NCBI GenBank assembly: GCA_005223125.1
Contig: NJBH01000008.1
Coordinates: 64,001-128,000 of the forward strand
Length of the DNA: 64,000 bases
Reading direction: 5' to 3'
From: Promethearchaeota archaeon Loki_b32
Lineage (GTDB): Archaea; Asgardarchaeota; Lokiarchaeia; Sigyniarchaeales; SOKP01
Shown one piece after another: positions 29,730-38,938 of this stretch (positions are counted from its first letter, which is position 1; every line of letters begins with the position of its first letter). A program made the position numbers and the translations under genes. The notes beneath the pieces are model-generated. The model searched no databases. It was given only the letters and a program-made list of their open reading frames with translations, and was not told the origin of the DNA.

Positions 29730-31892
29730 ATGGTTAGGTTTTCTACTAAAAAATTTATCTACTTTTCAATCATCATTTTAACTCTCATTCCACTTGTCAG
29801 TTCAAGTCTAAGTTTTAGCTTCTCGAATTTAGAAAAGAATAATGTTTCGGAGGAAATTAGAGTTTCAAATGGAAACTTAGATTTGGATTTATCATTTCTA
29901 CCAGATATTGATTATTCTTCGTTAAATAATCTCTGGTATAACCATAAAATCGAAATGTTGATAATAACTCCAGATGGTTCTGCATTTGTCAACGCAATTC
30001 AACCATTAGCAGATTGGAAAAATGAGAAAGGGGTAAAAACAGTCATATTAAGCAATTACTCTTCATATGAAGGTGTGGATGATGCTGATAAAATTCGTAA
30101 TATGATTAAATCGTATTATGAAAAAGAAAATGTTAGATGGGTCCTTTTAGCAGGTGATGCTGGAAACGGAAAGAATGAGCTCCCGATTAGATATGTTTAT
30201 AATCCCGATGTTAGAAGCGTGGACCCACCTGAAAGTGAATCCATAGGAGATAATTATTTTAAACCTACGGATTTTTATTATGCGGATCTTACAGGTACTT
30301 GGGATAGCGATGAAGATGAAGTATGGGGAGAGGCACCAGAGTATAATGATTTTGGTTTAGATGAGATTTCATGGATCCCTGAGGTTTATGTTGGAAGATT
30401 ACCCGCAGGTAATTCCGTTGAACTTGAGACTATGGTAAACAAAACATTAAAATATGAAACTGATCCAGACGTAGATGATTGGATGAATAATATGCTCCTC
30501 GCTGGAGGTATTTCTGATACATTTTTTCAAGAGCCTCCAGATGGAGAAGATGAATCAAAACTAACTACATATATTTGGCAGAATTATGTTTTGTCAGAGA
30601 TGAACTTTACCCATTTATGGAGATCGACATATTATATACCTCCTGATCCTAAAGAACCATTAAATTCAACAAGTTTCATAGATCAATTTAATTTAGGTTA
30701 TTCAACGGTAATTTTTGCGGGTCATGGAGAATATTCTAGATATTTAGATCAATCTGGTACAATATATACCAATAATGATGCTCAAAATGCATTAAATACT
30801 AATAAACCTTCATTAGTCTATGGAGATGCATGTACTACATCTAGCTATGATTATAACAATAATAGTATTGGAGAATATTTAATCAAAAAAAAAGATGCTG
30901 GAGCAATTGGATATATCGGAGGTTTAAGAGTAACATGGTACCACGTGAATGATGACAACCTAGAGAAATTGAATCGTGGAAACGCGAAGCTTTTTTGGAA
31001 AGAATTTTTTGAAGGAAAAAAGTTTCAACAAGGAAGAGCTCTATATGATTCTAAAGTTGCATATATAAATAGTGACTATTATAAAGGAGGAGAAGGAGCA
31101 ACATATAAGGAATGGGAACGTAAAAATCTATTAACATACTGTCTTTTGGGTGATCCAGAACTTGATATTTATACCAATAAACCAAAATTGGCATTAAATC
31201 CTTTTACTGAAAATATTTATGAAGGCCAATTAGTTTCTACATCGATAAAGGATATCAATGGTAAAAACATTCCTTACGCAAGAGTTCACTTAAAATCATC
31301 TGATGGTAAATATTATACAGCATATGCAGATGAACGTGGTTTAGTGAGATTCCGTCTTCCTGCTCAAGCAACTGAATTTTATAATGTAACTATTACAGGA
31401 CATAATTTAGTTCCAACACATTTCAATTTTACTACAATTCCAGATAATTACGACCCTCAATTACTCAGATTAGACGTAATTCCTGAGAAACCTTCATCAT
31501 CTAACAAAATAAATTTTAGTATTGAAACTTATGATAATATGTCTGGAATAGAAAGTGTATATTTAGTATTATCAAAAGACAACTTTACTACTTACTCATA
31601 TTATGAATCAACAAATAGCTATGAAGAAAATAATGATGTATTTACAATCACTACTGACAGATTAACTTCGGGTGAATATTCCTATTGTATTGTTTCAAGA
31701 GACTATGCAAACAATACAAATGTGTTTTATAATTCAGGATTCACTTTTTCTCTATTAAAACCTATGATAGATTATATATTTATTTCATTTAGTGTTATGA
31801 TTGTTGCAATCATAGGAATCTCTGTTTTCAGTCTCTTCAAAGGTTTACAAAGATATTCTCGTGTTGTCAAAGAGATTGAAAAATTAACGTAA
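29730..31892 (+). CDS. C25 (gingipain-family) cysteine peptidase, membrane anchored
   Basis: WKNEKG, LLAGD, TDFYY, VGRLP, catalytic GHG and DAC, LLGDP; C-terminal TM. Confidence 0.9.
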   Translation: MVRFSTKKFIYFSIIILTLIPLVSSSLSFSFSNLEKNNVSEEIRVSNGNLDLDLSFLPDIDYSSLNNLWYNHKIEMLIITPDGSAFVNAIQPLADWKNEKGVKTVILSNYSSYEGVDDADKIRNMIKSYYEKENVRWVLLAGDAGNGKNELPIRYVYNPDVRSVDPPESESIGDNYFKPTDFYYADLTGTWDSDEDEVWGEAPEYNDFGLDEISWIPEVYVGRLPAGNSVELETMVNKTLKYETDPDVDDWMNNMLLAGGISDTFFQEPPDGEDESKLTTYIWQNYVLSEMNFTHLWRSTYYIPPDPKEPLNSTSFIDQFNLGYSTVIFAGHGEYSRYLDQSGTIYTNNDAQNALNTNKPSLVYGDACTTSSYDYNNNSIGEYLIKKKDAGAIGYIGGLRVTWYHVNDDNLEKLNRGNAKLFWKEFFEGKKFQQGRALYDSKVAYINSDYYKGGEGATYKEWERKNLLTYCLLGDPELDIYTNKPKLALNPFTENIYEGQLVSTSIKDINGKNIPYARVHLKSSDGKYYTAYADERGLVRFRLPAQATEFYNVTITGHNLVPTHFNFTTIPDNYDPQLLRLDVIPEKPSSSNKINFSIETYDNMSGIESVYLVLSKDNFTTYSYYESTNSYEENNDVFTITTDRLTSGEYSYCIVSRDYANNTNVFYNSGFTFSLLKPMIDYIFISFSVMIVAIIGISVFSLFKGLQRYSRVVKEIEKLT

Positions 31893-31904
31893 ATAATAGG
31901 ATTC

Positions 31905-32462
31905 TCAACTTTTGTTAATTTTATCATGTTTCAAATCTAGTAGATATAAGATTGAACTTATGGTCCCAAATATACCTTGAATAATCAAAGCTAAAGCAAT
32001 TAAAAATATTGCTAAGAAATCTTTGAATACAAACAAAAAAACAATGATAAAGATTCCTACTATTGTAAATTTTAATACTGACGATAATTCGCTAAACACA
32101 ATTTTCCATTTTTTCGATTTTTCCAATCTTGATTTAATTTCTTTCTGATAACTTTCTTCTCCCACTTCCTTAATATACCAACTTCCTTCTATATTATTAG
32201 CAAATAAAAAGATACTCCACCATAATATGAAAAAGCTAAAGTAAAAATCCAGTGAACCTAATATAACAATTGGTATCTGCATTAGAATCATTCCACGCCA
32301 CCCTATCTTACGAGCCAATTTGTTAGTCTCAAGTTTTAATTCTTTAGTAACATATCTCGTACTTAATATGTCAAGCAATCTACCAATAATCGTTATAAAA
32401 GCATTTATTATAAATTGATACCATTCTACATTTTGGAGTATTAATTGAAATATCAATACCAT
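31905..32462 (-). CDS. Hypothetical membrane protein
   Basis: Several TM segments; 'LDILST...ETN' motif. Confidence 0.7.
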   Translation of the reverse strand: MVLIFQLILQNVEWYQFIINAFITIIGRLLDILSTRYVTKELKLETNKLARKIGWRGMILMQIPIVILGSLDFYFSFFILWWSIFLFANNIEGSWYIKEVGEESYQKEIKSRLEKSKKWKIVFSELSSVLKFTIVGIFIIVFLFVFKDFLAIFLIALALIIQGIFGTISSILYLLDLKHDKINKS

Positions 32463-32579
32463 CTACACCCCCTTGTTTATTCCTTTTAAATTTAACGTTT
32501 AAAAGCAAAAATTTTAATTATTAGCGTTTATTATTCCTATTTACTTGTAACCATATAAGTAGGTATTTTCTTATAAAAT

Positions 32580-32607
32580 AACCGATACTTATAAAATGGT
32601 TATATAA
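32580..32607 (+). promoter_or_regulatory. Candidate BRE/TATA promoter for the 5S precursor
   Basis: ACCGATAC-TTATAAAA lies about 25 nt upstream of the start of the leader stem (~32612). Confidence 0.45.
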
Positions 32608-32649
32608 TGGTGCTAATAACCATATAAATTAAAAGCAACTCGCTTAGTG

Positions 32650-32805
32650 CCGGAAGTTAAACTTGTATGCGTTGTAGATAGTACTGTAGTTGCGATCTAT
32701 GGGAAACTACAAACTGTAAATTTGTTTACGGTCATGGTTTACGAGGAAAATACCCGGTCCCATCCGAAAAACCAGCTAATTTCGAGATGGTTCGGGAACC
32801 CGGAA
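32650..32805 (+). rRNA. rrf: 5S rRNA gene, circularly permuted (3' half 32656-32720, linker TTTG, 5' half 32725-32768 plus 32799-32805), with a 30-nt intron
   Basis: The reassembled sequence has all five 5S helices. It also has loop C CCGAAC, the helix III AA bulge (CCGGAAGUUAA), loop E UAGUA/GAA and a GCGA loop. Length is 116 nt plus a 4-nt linker. Confidence 0.85.
32769..32798 (+). other. Putative BHB/BHL-type intron in 5S loop C
   Basis: UCCG/CGGG 4-bp helix, AAA bulge, AACCA/UGGUU inner stem; removal restores CCCAUCCGAAC. Confidence 0.7.
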
Positions 32806-32917
32806 ATGCTATTTTATGTGGTTATAGTGTTTTCCATTTTTAGATTCCTCTAAAAATAAGTTTTTATATTATTAATTATATGCTTAATTAATACGGAATA
32901 ACTCTTGTAGTGATACC

Positions 32918-33460
32918 TTGCCAAAAAAGTGGAAAGTCGTTCTCAAAACAATTGGAAGAAAGTGGTTTCTAATTCTTTTAGTGATTATCATCATTGTTGT
33001 TATATACAGTCCAATAGCAGCAATTTGGATGACCGGTATCACCTTAATTTTATTTCTTTTATCCTATATTCCAAGATTGTTTTTCAAAAATAAACTCCAT
33101 AAATTTTTGAAGAAATACTATAAAATTGAAGATAATTTAATTGCAAGAAAGTTTAAAAAACCACTCGAGAAAATCCAAGATGAATTGTTTGAGTTATCAC
33201 AAAATCAGGAGAAGAAAAGCTGGTTAATTACTTTTTTAAATAAACAGTATGTTTTCTATCATCAAGAAACCATTGAAAAATTCAAGGAAGTATATAATAA
33301 AGGTTATACTGAGAAAGAAATTCTTGATAGTTTGAAAGACTTTAAGGTTAATACTAGAGCAGAAATTAAAATAATCAAGGAAACCCTTGTTAAGCTTGAA
33401 AGACTTAGTGAGAGAGAAATCTCTGTAAAAGAACACAAAGAGAAACAAAGATTTGCCTAA
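32918..33460 (+). CDS. Hypothetical protein with 2 N-terminal TM segments
   Basis: 180-aa ORF; hydrophobic hairpin followed by a soluble domain. Confidence 0.7.
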   Translation: MPKKWKVVLKTIGRKWFLILLVIIIIVVIYSPIAAIWMTGITLILFLLSYIPRLFFKNKLHKFLKKYYKIEDNLIARKFKKPLEKIQDELFELSQNQEKKSWLITFLNKQYVFYHQETIEKFKEVYNKGYTEKEILDSLKDFKVNTRAEIKIIKETLVKLERLSEREISVKEHKEKQRFA

Positions 33461-33533
33461 TTGAAATATTCTGAAAACTAATTGTTTAGAATTAAAAAAA
33501 AAGTATAAAAAAGTAAAATAATAATAATATAAT

Positions 33534-33827
33534 TTAGTCTACTTCTCCAAAATCTAGATCAAAACTGAAATGCTTTCGAATTGGTTTCTTTACATTCCAA
33601 ACACATTTTAAACCTTTTTCAAACTGGACAAGATCTCCTTTCTTAAATTCAATTTTTTCTCCGGTATCCGAATCAATGACTTCCACTTCTCCATCTAAAA
33701 TATAGCAGGTTTCAGTATCACTATAGGACCAATCGAACTCACTGACTTCTTTACTCCATGTTCCCCAAGATTTAACTTTTAGATTCGTTAATTCTTCCTC
33801 AGTTGGAATTTTCTTCTTCATCTTCAT
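33534..33827 (-). CDS. Cupin (DUF861/EutQ-like)
   Basis: W.TW...F.W.Y...ETCYILDG...GDLV.F.KGL.C.W. Confidence 0.9.
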   Translation of the reverse strand: MKMKKKIPTEEELTNLKVKSWGTWSKEVSEFDWSYSDTETCYILDGEVEVIDSDTGEKIEFKKGDLVQFEKGLKCVWNVKKPIRKHFSFDLDFGEVD

Positions 33828-34133
33828 TATAATTCACATTTATGTTTATCTATAAATTTATCAAAAAAAAGACTGGTAGAATTTATTATACCTCCATTAA
33901 TTAAATTTATTTTCAAAATCTTTTTTAATTATTTAAATTTGAAAAAAACAATAAAAAACAAAAATAAAAAATTATTATTCAATTCAATTAGTTTCAAAAT
34001 ATCGTTTCAAAAAAGAATATTAATTCGTTTTAAGATTATAATTATAACATAAAATTTAATAATCTCAGAAAAAAAGCTCTATGTAATTAAAACTTAAAAA
34101 CAATAGCCCATAAACGGGAAAGAGAATACCATA

Positions 34134-34655
34134 ATGCCACAAAAGTTCATTCTTAAGATCCTTACGGCAGGGGAAGGAGGAGTGGGGAAAACAACACTAC
34201 TCCATAGGTATGTAGAGGGGAAATTTTCAGCTGAAACTAAAATGACAATTGGTGTAGAGTTTTTCTTGAAAGAGACGCAAATTGACTCGAATCACTGCAC
34301 TCTACAACTCTGGGATTTTGGTGGTCAAGAGCGGTTTAGATTTTTACTTGAAAGTTACGTATTAGGAGCAAAAGGAGCACTTCTCATGTTTGACCTCACA
34401 AGGTTAATGAGTCTTGAAAATTTGCAGCAATGGATTAACATTGTTCGGAAAGGTGATCCAAATCTTCCTGTTCTCTTTGTAGGTACAAAATTGGATTTAA
34501 CCGATGAGATCCAGATAGATGACGATTATGCTATGTCTTTTTTAAATGAATTTAACTTGATTGATTATATAAAAATCTCTTCAAAAACGGGCGAAAATGT
34601 TGGTACAGTTTTTGAAATGTTAACAAGAAATATATTAGAGCGCCAAGCCTATTGA
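34134..34655 (+). CDS. Rab-like small GTPase
   Basis: GEGGVGKT, TIGVEF, WDFGGQE, TKLD and SSK. Confidence 0.93.
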   Translation: MPQKFILKILTAGEGGVGKTTLLHRYVEGKFSAETKMTIGVEFFLKETQIDSNHCTLQLWDFGGQERFRFLLESYVLGAKGALLMFDLTRLMSLENLQQWINIVRKGDPNLPVLFVGTKLDLTDEIQIDDDYAMSFLNEFNLIDYIKISSKTGENVGTVFEMLTRNILERQAY

Positions 34656-35095
34656 AATCCAAGAATAGTGTAGTGGTTATCGATTCTAATTTTATATTAC
34701 TTCCTTTTCAGTTTAAAATAGATTATTTTAACGAAATAAGATTAAAGCTTGAAGGAAAATTGAAATTTATCATATATCAACAAATTTTAAACGAATTAGA
34801 TGCAAAAAAAAGAAGAGAATCCAAAGCTACTAAATTTGCATCGTTTCTTGAATCGGGTTTATTATACTTAGAAAGGAACAAAGAGAAATATGACATTGAA
34901 ATAATGGAAGATATCAAAAATGATAACGAGACTACTGATGATTTTATACTAAGATTGTCAGTAAAGCTTAAGAATGTAGGTCAAACTGTTTATTTAGCAA
35001 CTAATGATTCAGAATTGCGTAAAAAAGCAAAAAGAATAAGGATTGGAATAATTTTTTTAAGACAAAAGAAATATTTGTCTTTTGAAAGAGCTTAA
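34652..35095 (+). CDS. PIN-domain protein (Fcf1/Utp24-like)
   Basis: IDSNF...EL...TDD...ATND.EL...LRQKK. Confidence 0.85.
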   Translation: MKSKNSVVVIDSNFILLPFQFKIDYFNEIRLKLEGKLKFIIYQQILNELDAKKRRESKATKFASFLESGLLYLERNKEKYDIEIMEDIKNDNETTDDFILRLSVKLKNVGQTVYLATNDSELRKKAKRIRIGIIFLRQKKYLSFERA

Positions 35096-35214
35096 AAAAA
35101 ATATAAAATAATTAGTACATATTAAAGTTTTAACTAAAAATATTAATACATATTTAACCCTATATTAACCAATAATCGAGGTTTTATATTTATTTACTGA
35201 TTTGATGGAGAAGA

Positions 35215-35730
35215 ATGTCCAAAGCGATATTATTAAAGATTATCACGGCAGGAGATGGTGGTGTTGGCAAGACAACACTCCTTTATCGATATATAGAAGG
35301 GAGATTTCTAGCTAATACGCGTATGACTATTGGTGTGGAATTCTTTCTCAAAGAGCTTAATATAGAAGGAAAAAAAATATTACTCCAAGTTTGGGATTTT
35401 GGTGGACAGGATCATTTCAGACCTCTATTAAAGAATTATGCTGTGGGAGCAAGAGGAGCATTACTACTTTTTGATCTCACCAGACCATCAAGTTTAGAAC
35501 GAATTGAGCAATGGGTTGATATTTGCAGAGGGGGGACTCAAGAGATTCCTATCATTTTCTTAGGAACAAAATTAGATCTAGAAGATCAAATAACAATATT
35601 CGATAGTTTTGCTTTGAAATTTAAGGAACAATATGGTTTTTTTGATTATTTAAAGATTTCTTCGAAAACTGGAGAAAATGTTAATTTAGCATTTGAACTA
35701 TTGGCAAGAGAACTTGTAAAAGACTTATAA
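35215..35730 (+). CDS. Rab-like small GTPase
   Basis: GDGGVGKT, TIGVEF, WDFGGQD, TKLD and SSK. Confidence 0.93.
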   Translation: MSKAILLKIITAGDGGVGKTTLLYRYIEGRFLANTRMTIGVEFFLKELNIEGKKILLQVWDFGGQDHFRPLLKNYAVGARGALLLFDLTRPSSLERIEQWVDICRGGTQEIPIIFLGTKLDLEDQITIFDSFALKFKEQYGFFDYLKISSKTGENVNLAFELLARELVKDL

Positions 35731-35761
35731 ATAATAGTACAATAAGCCAAAATTTTGATTT

Positions 35762-36949
35762 CTATAATCTATTTATAACAATATTTCTAATATATTCATT
35801 ACTTAAATTGACAGGATTATTTTTTAAACTAGTTTTTTCTACGATTTTCTCAATATCTTCATATGTAATCCCATATTTACCTAACCGATTAATTTTTAAT
35901 TTATCTGTCCATTTTTCAAGCGTTTCTATTAACATTGAGCAAAATTCATTTATTTTTCCTTCCTCTAAATGATATTTACCTTTCAATAAGGCTCCTATTT
36001 TAGCATATTTTTTTAATCCTTTTCTACCACCAGATTCTTGTTTTTGGAGCATTTCAATATTAATTTTAGTTGCTTCAGAGAGAAGAGTACCACACACTAC
36101 CCCATGAGGAATTTTGTACATTCCTCCGATTGGAGAAGCTAAACCATGGACAATTCCTAATCCTGCATTAGCAAGAGTAATTCCAGACAGTAATGAGCCA
36201 TAAGCCATTGCTGCTCTAATACTTACATCCGATGATCCAGTTGAGCACGCTAATAAAAGATTTTCACCTATATATTTCATACCATTATAAGCTAAAGTGT
36301 CTGTAATCGGGTTTCTTTTTGAAGAAACATATGCTTCAAGTAATTGTGTGAAAGCATCCATTCCACAAGCTGCGGAAATTGATGGTGGGCATGAAATCAT
36401 CAGTTGGGGATCTATAATTGCTACATCAGGAATTAGATTATCATGACGAAGTGATTTTTTAAATCCATCGGGACCTACTTCACTAATTACAGCGTTTTTT
36501 GTTGCTTCACTTCCAGTTCCGGATGTAGTGGGAATTGCTATATAGGGAACTTTTATCCCATCATGACTTTTTTCTCCAATACCTTCAAGATAATTTTTAA
36601 TAGAATTATTTTTAGGTAGCATAGCGGAAATTGCTTTTCCTGCGTCAATAACACTTCCCCCTCCAATCCCAACAACTAAATCAAAACGTTTATCTCTAAA
36701 TTTTGCTGTAGCTTCATCTACTAGTGATGGAGATGGTTCACTATAAATAGAAGTTGATGAGAAATTAATTGATTTGTTCTCTAATATTGAAGTAATATCA
36801 TCCCATTTACCTGATTTTTTAAGTGAATTCCCGCCAATTATAAATAGTACATTTTTTCCGAATTTTGGAATAATATTATAAAGTTCATTTAATTTACCAG
36901 CACCAAAAATAATGTATGGGATTCTAGCAAAACTGAAAGATGGAATCAT
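35762..36949 (-). CDS. Iron-containing alcohol dehydrogenase
   Basis: GGGSVID, PTTSGTGSE, DAFTQ, GIVHG and HG. Confidence 0.93.
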   Translation of the reverse strand: MIPSFSFARIPYIIFGAGKLNELYNIIPKFGKNVLFIIGGNSLKKSGKWDDITSILENKSINFSSTSIYSEPSPSLVDEATAKFRDKRFDLVVGIGGGSVIDAGKAISAMLPKNNSIKNYLEGIGEKSHDGIKVPYIAIPTTSGTGSEATKNAVISEVGPDGFKKSLRHDNLIPDVAIIDPQLMISCPPSISAACGMDAFTQLLEAYVSSKRNPITDTLAYNGMKYIGENLLLACSTGSSDVSIRAAMAYGSLLSGITLANAGLGIVHGLASPIGGMYKIPHGVVCGTLLSEATKINIEMLQKQESGGRKGLKKYAKIGALLKGKYHLEEGKINEFCSMLIETLEKWTDKLKINRLGKYGITYEDIEKIVEKTSLKNNPVNLSNEYIRNIVINRL

Positions 36950-37085
36950 AACATTTACCTTTTATCTTTTTGTTAATTCGTGAAAATCATATATTAAACT
37001 ATAAATCTCTTTATAATAGGTAAGATTTATAATTTACTCTAGATATTTTGTTTTATAACACAACTTCGACCTTTAGTGATCTACA

Positions 37086-37427
37086 ATTAAAAAAGTACAT
37101 GAAAAAGATTTTGACTATAGAGGTGGAAATTCTGGAGTGAAATATTTAATGAGAGGCCCGCCAGCATCTATTGATTGGGGGATTATTTTACTCAAACCGG
37201 GCGAACTTATGGGAGATAAAGCACACGGTCATAATATTCTTGATGAAACATTTTACTTCGTAGAAGGTGATGGCGTTATGATAATTGATGATAAAGAATA
37301 CAAAGCAATGCAAGGAAGTGTGTTTTTGTGTGAACCAAAAGAAATGCACAACATTAGAAATGATTCAGACAAACCAATAAAAGTCGTATTTATTAAATCT
37401 ATATATGAACCAAATGATAAAATCTAA
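37086..37427 (+). CDS. Cupin-domain protein, probable ATT start
   Basis: H.H...ETFYF.EG and HNIRN. The family-like N-terminus KKVHEKDFDYRGGNSGVKYLMRGP extends upstream of GTG 37137. Confidence 0.8.
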   Translation: MKKVHEKDFDYRGGNSGVKYLMRGPPASIDWGIILLKPGELMGDKAHGHNILDETFYFVEGDGVMIIDDKEYKAMQGSVFLCEPKEMHNIRNDSDKPIKVVFIKSIYEPNDKI

Positions 37428-37449
37428 AATAATAAAAGAGAAATAAAGT

Positions 37450-37839
37450 ATGGCAAAAAAAAAAGCAAAAAAAAAAGGAAAAGGAAAAAGGAGAACTGGT
37501 CCTTATGTCCCACCTGTAGTAACCCGCGTTAAATTCCCTAGCAAACGGTTAGGTGAAATGTTTGGACGAATAGTAGGGGTTCTTGGAAATGATCGTATGG
37601 AGGTTTTCTGCGAGGATGGAAAGCATCGAATGGGTAGAATCCGGGGAAAAATAAAGAAAAGGGTTTGGATAAGGGTTGCAGATCTTGTGATAGTGAATCC
37701 GTGGGACTGGGAGACAGAAATACCAGGCAAGATGGGGAAATGCGAGATATCTTGGAGATATATGAAGCATGAAATTTCTTGGCTTGAACGAAGAGGTAAA
37801 ATACCCGAGATTTTAAATATAAATAATATACCTTTTTAG
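37450..37839 (+). CDS. eif1a: Translation initiation factor aIF1A
   Basis: LGNDRM.V.C.DG..R...IRGK.KKRVWI...D.V.V.PW...RY. Confidence 0.95.
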   Translation: MAKKKAKKKGKGKRRTGPYVPPVVTRVKFPSKRLGEMFGRIVGVLGNDRMEVFCEDGKHRMGRIRGKIKKRVWIRVADLVIVNPWDWETEIPGKMGKCEISWRYMKHEISWLERRGKIPEILNINNIPF

Positions 37840-38010
37840 TTAAAAGAATATTTTACAAAGCACAATCACAAATTCAATAAAAAAAGGATATAGAATTATT
37901 TCAGTAGAAAAAGTAAAATTTTTTAATTTTGTATACTATTTTTAATATATACTTATTTTCCAAAAAAAAATTTAAAAATACCCAAATTCAAATAGGATTC
38001 GTGAAATATA

Positions 38011-38766
38011 TTGGCAGATCAAGAAGAAGATCCAGATAGAAGCAAGAGTGAAGTTGTTGATATTACAGAGGTTACCGTTAAAGGGGAAGATAAAGAAGAC
38101 CATACTACCACTTTATTTGCTGTAAGGACAACGATAAATCAAGAAAGTAATATTTTAAAACAAATATTTTATAGATTTAAAATTCTTGATGTAATTCCTG
38201 ACATAAGAGCAATGCTCATAAGCCCCTTGTTGCCAGGATATGTATTTTTCGAAGCTCCTCAGAAACGTAGCGTACAGATAGCAGTTCAGGGAATTCCTCA
38301 TATTAAAGGACGAATCGTGCAAAATATCAAACTTATAGAACTTAAACATGTACTTTTACCAAGAAGTGTGACCGAGTATTTAGAAGAAGGTGATACCGTA
38401 GAAATAATCAGCGGGGTATTTGAAGGATCACGAGCACTCGTAATGCGTATGCCTCACGACACAAGCTCGAGTGAGGAAGTTGTCGTAAGGCTTTTGCAAG
38501 AAGAAACACCAATTACTATAAAAATTCATGGAGATTATTTAAAATTAGTTGAGAAGAAGAAGCCAATAGATGAGCCAATTCCAAAAGTAAAGGCATCAGT
38601 TGATACTACAACAGATATGGAAAAAGCAATAAGTTTCGAAGATGAACTTGAAGAATTCGAGGAAGAAATTTCTGAAAGTTATAAAAGCGATGAGATCGAA
38701 GAATATACTGATGATGAAGAAGAATTAGAGGAAGAAGATGAGTGGGCAAAATTCGATGGATTTTAA
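38011..38766 (+). CDS. spt5: Transcription elongation factor Spt5 with acidic extensions
   Basis: NGN domain (FAVRTT..QE...PGYVFFEA) plus KOW (GDTVEIISGVFEG). Confidence 0.9.
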   Translation: MADQEEDPDRSKSEVVDITEVTVKGEDKEDHTTTLFAVRTTINQESNILKQIFYRFKILDVIPDIRAMLISPLLPGYVFFEAPQKRSVQIAVQGIPHIKGRIVQNIKLIELKHVLLPRSVTEYLEEGDTVEIISGVFEGSRALVMRMPHDTSSSEEVVVRLLQEETPITIKIHGDYLKLVEKKKPIDEPIPKVKASVDTTTDMEKAISFEDELEEFEEEISESYKSDEIEEYTDDEEELEEEDEWAKFDGF

Positions 38767-38938
38767 ATTAATTTTACATATTTTTTGTGTCAATTAATTA
38801 CAGATTTAAGATATTTTTATCATATGTTTGTTGCGTCTTCCTTAAGAAACGGATTAATAAAAGAATTTTTATAGATAGACTTTTATTAACGTTATAAAAG
38901 CGTTATATAAACAATCTATTAAATATAATTTCAGTAAA

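Noticed and set aside
32647-32853. 68-aa ORF in the ORF track
   Set aside because: It overlies the permuted 5S rRNA and has no protein-like features.
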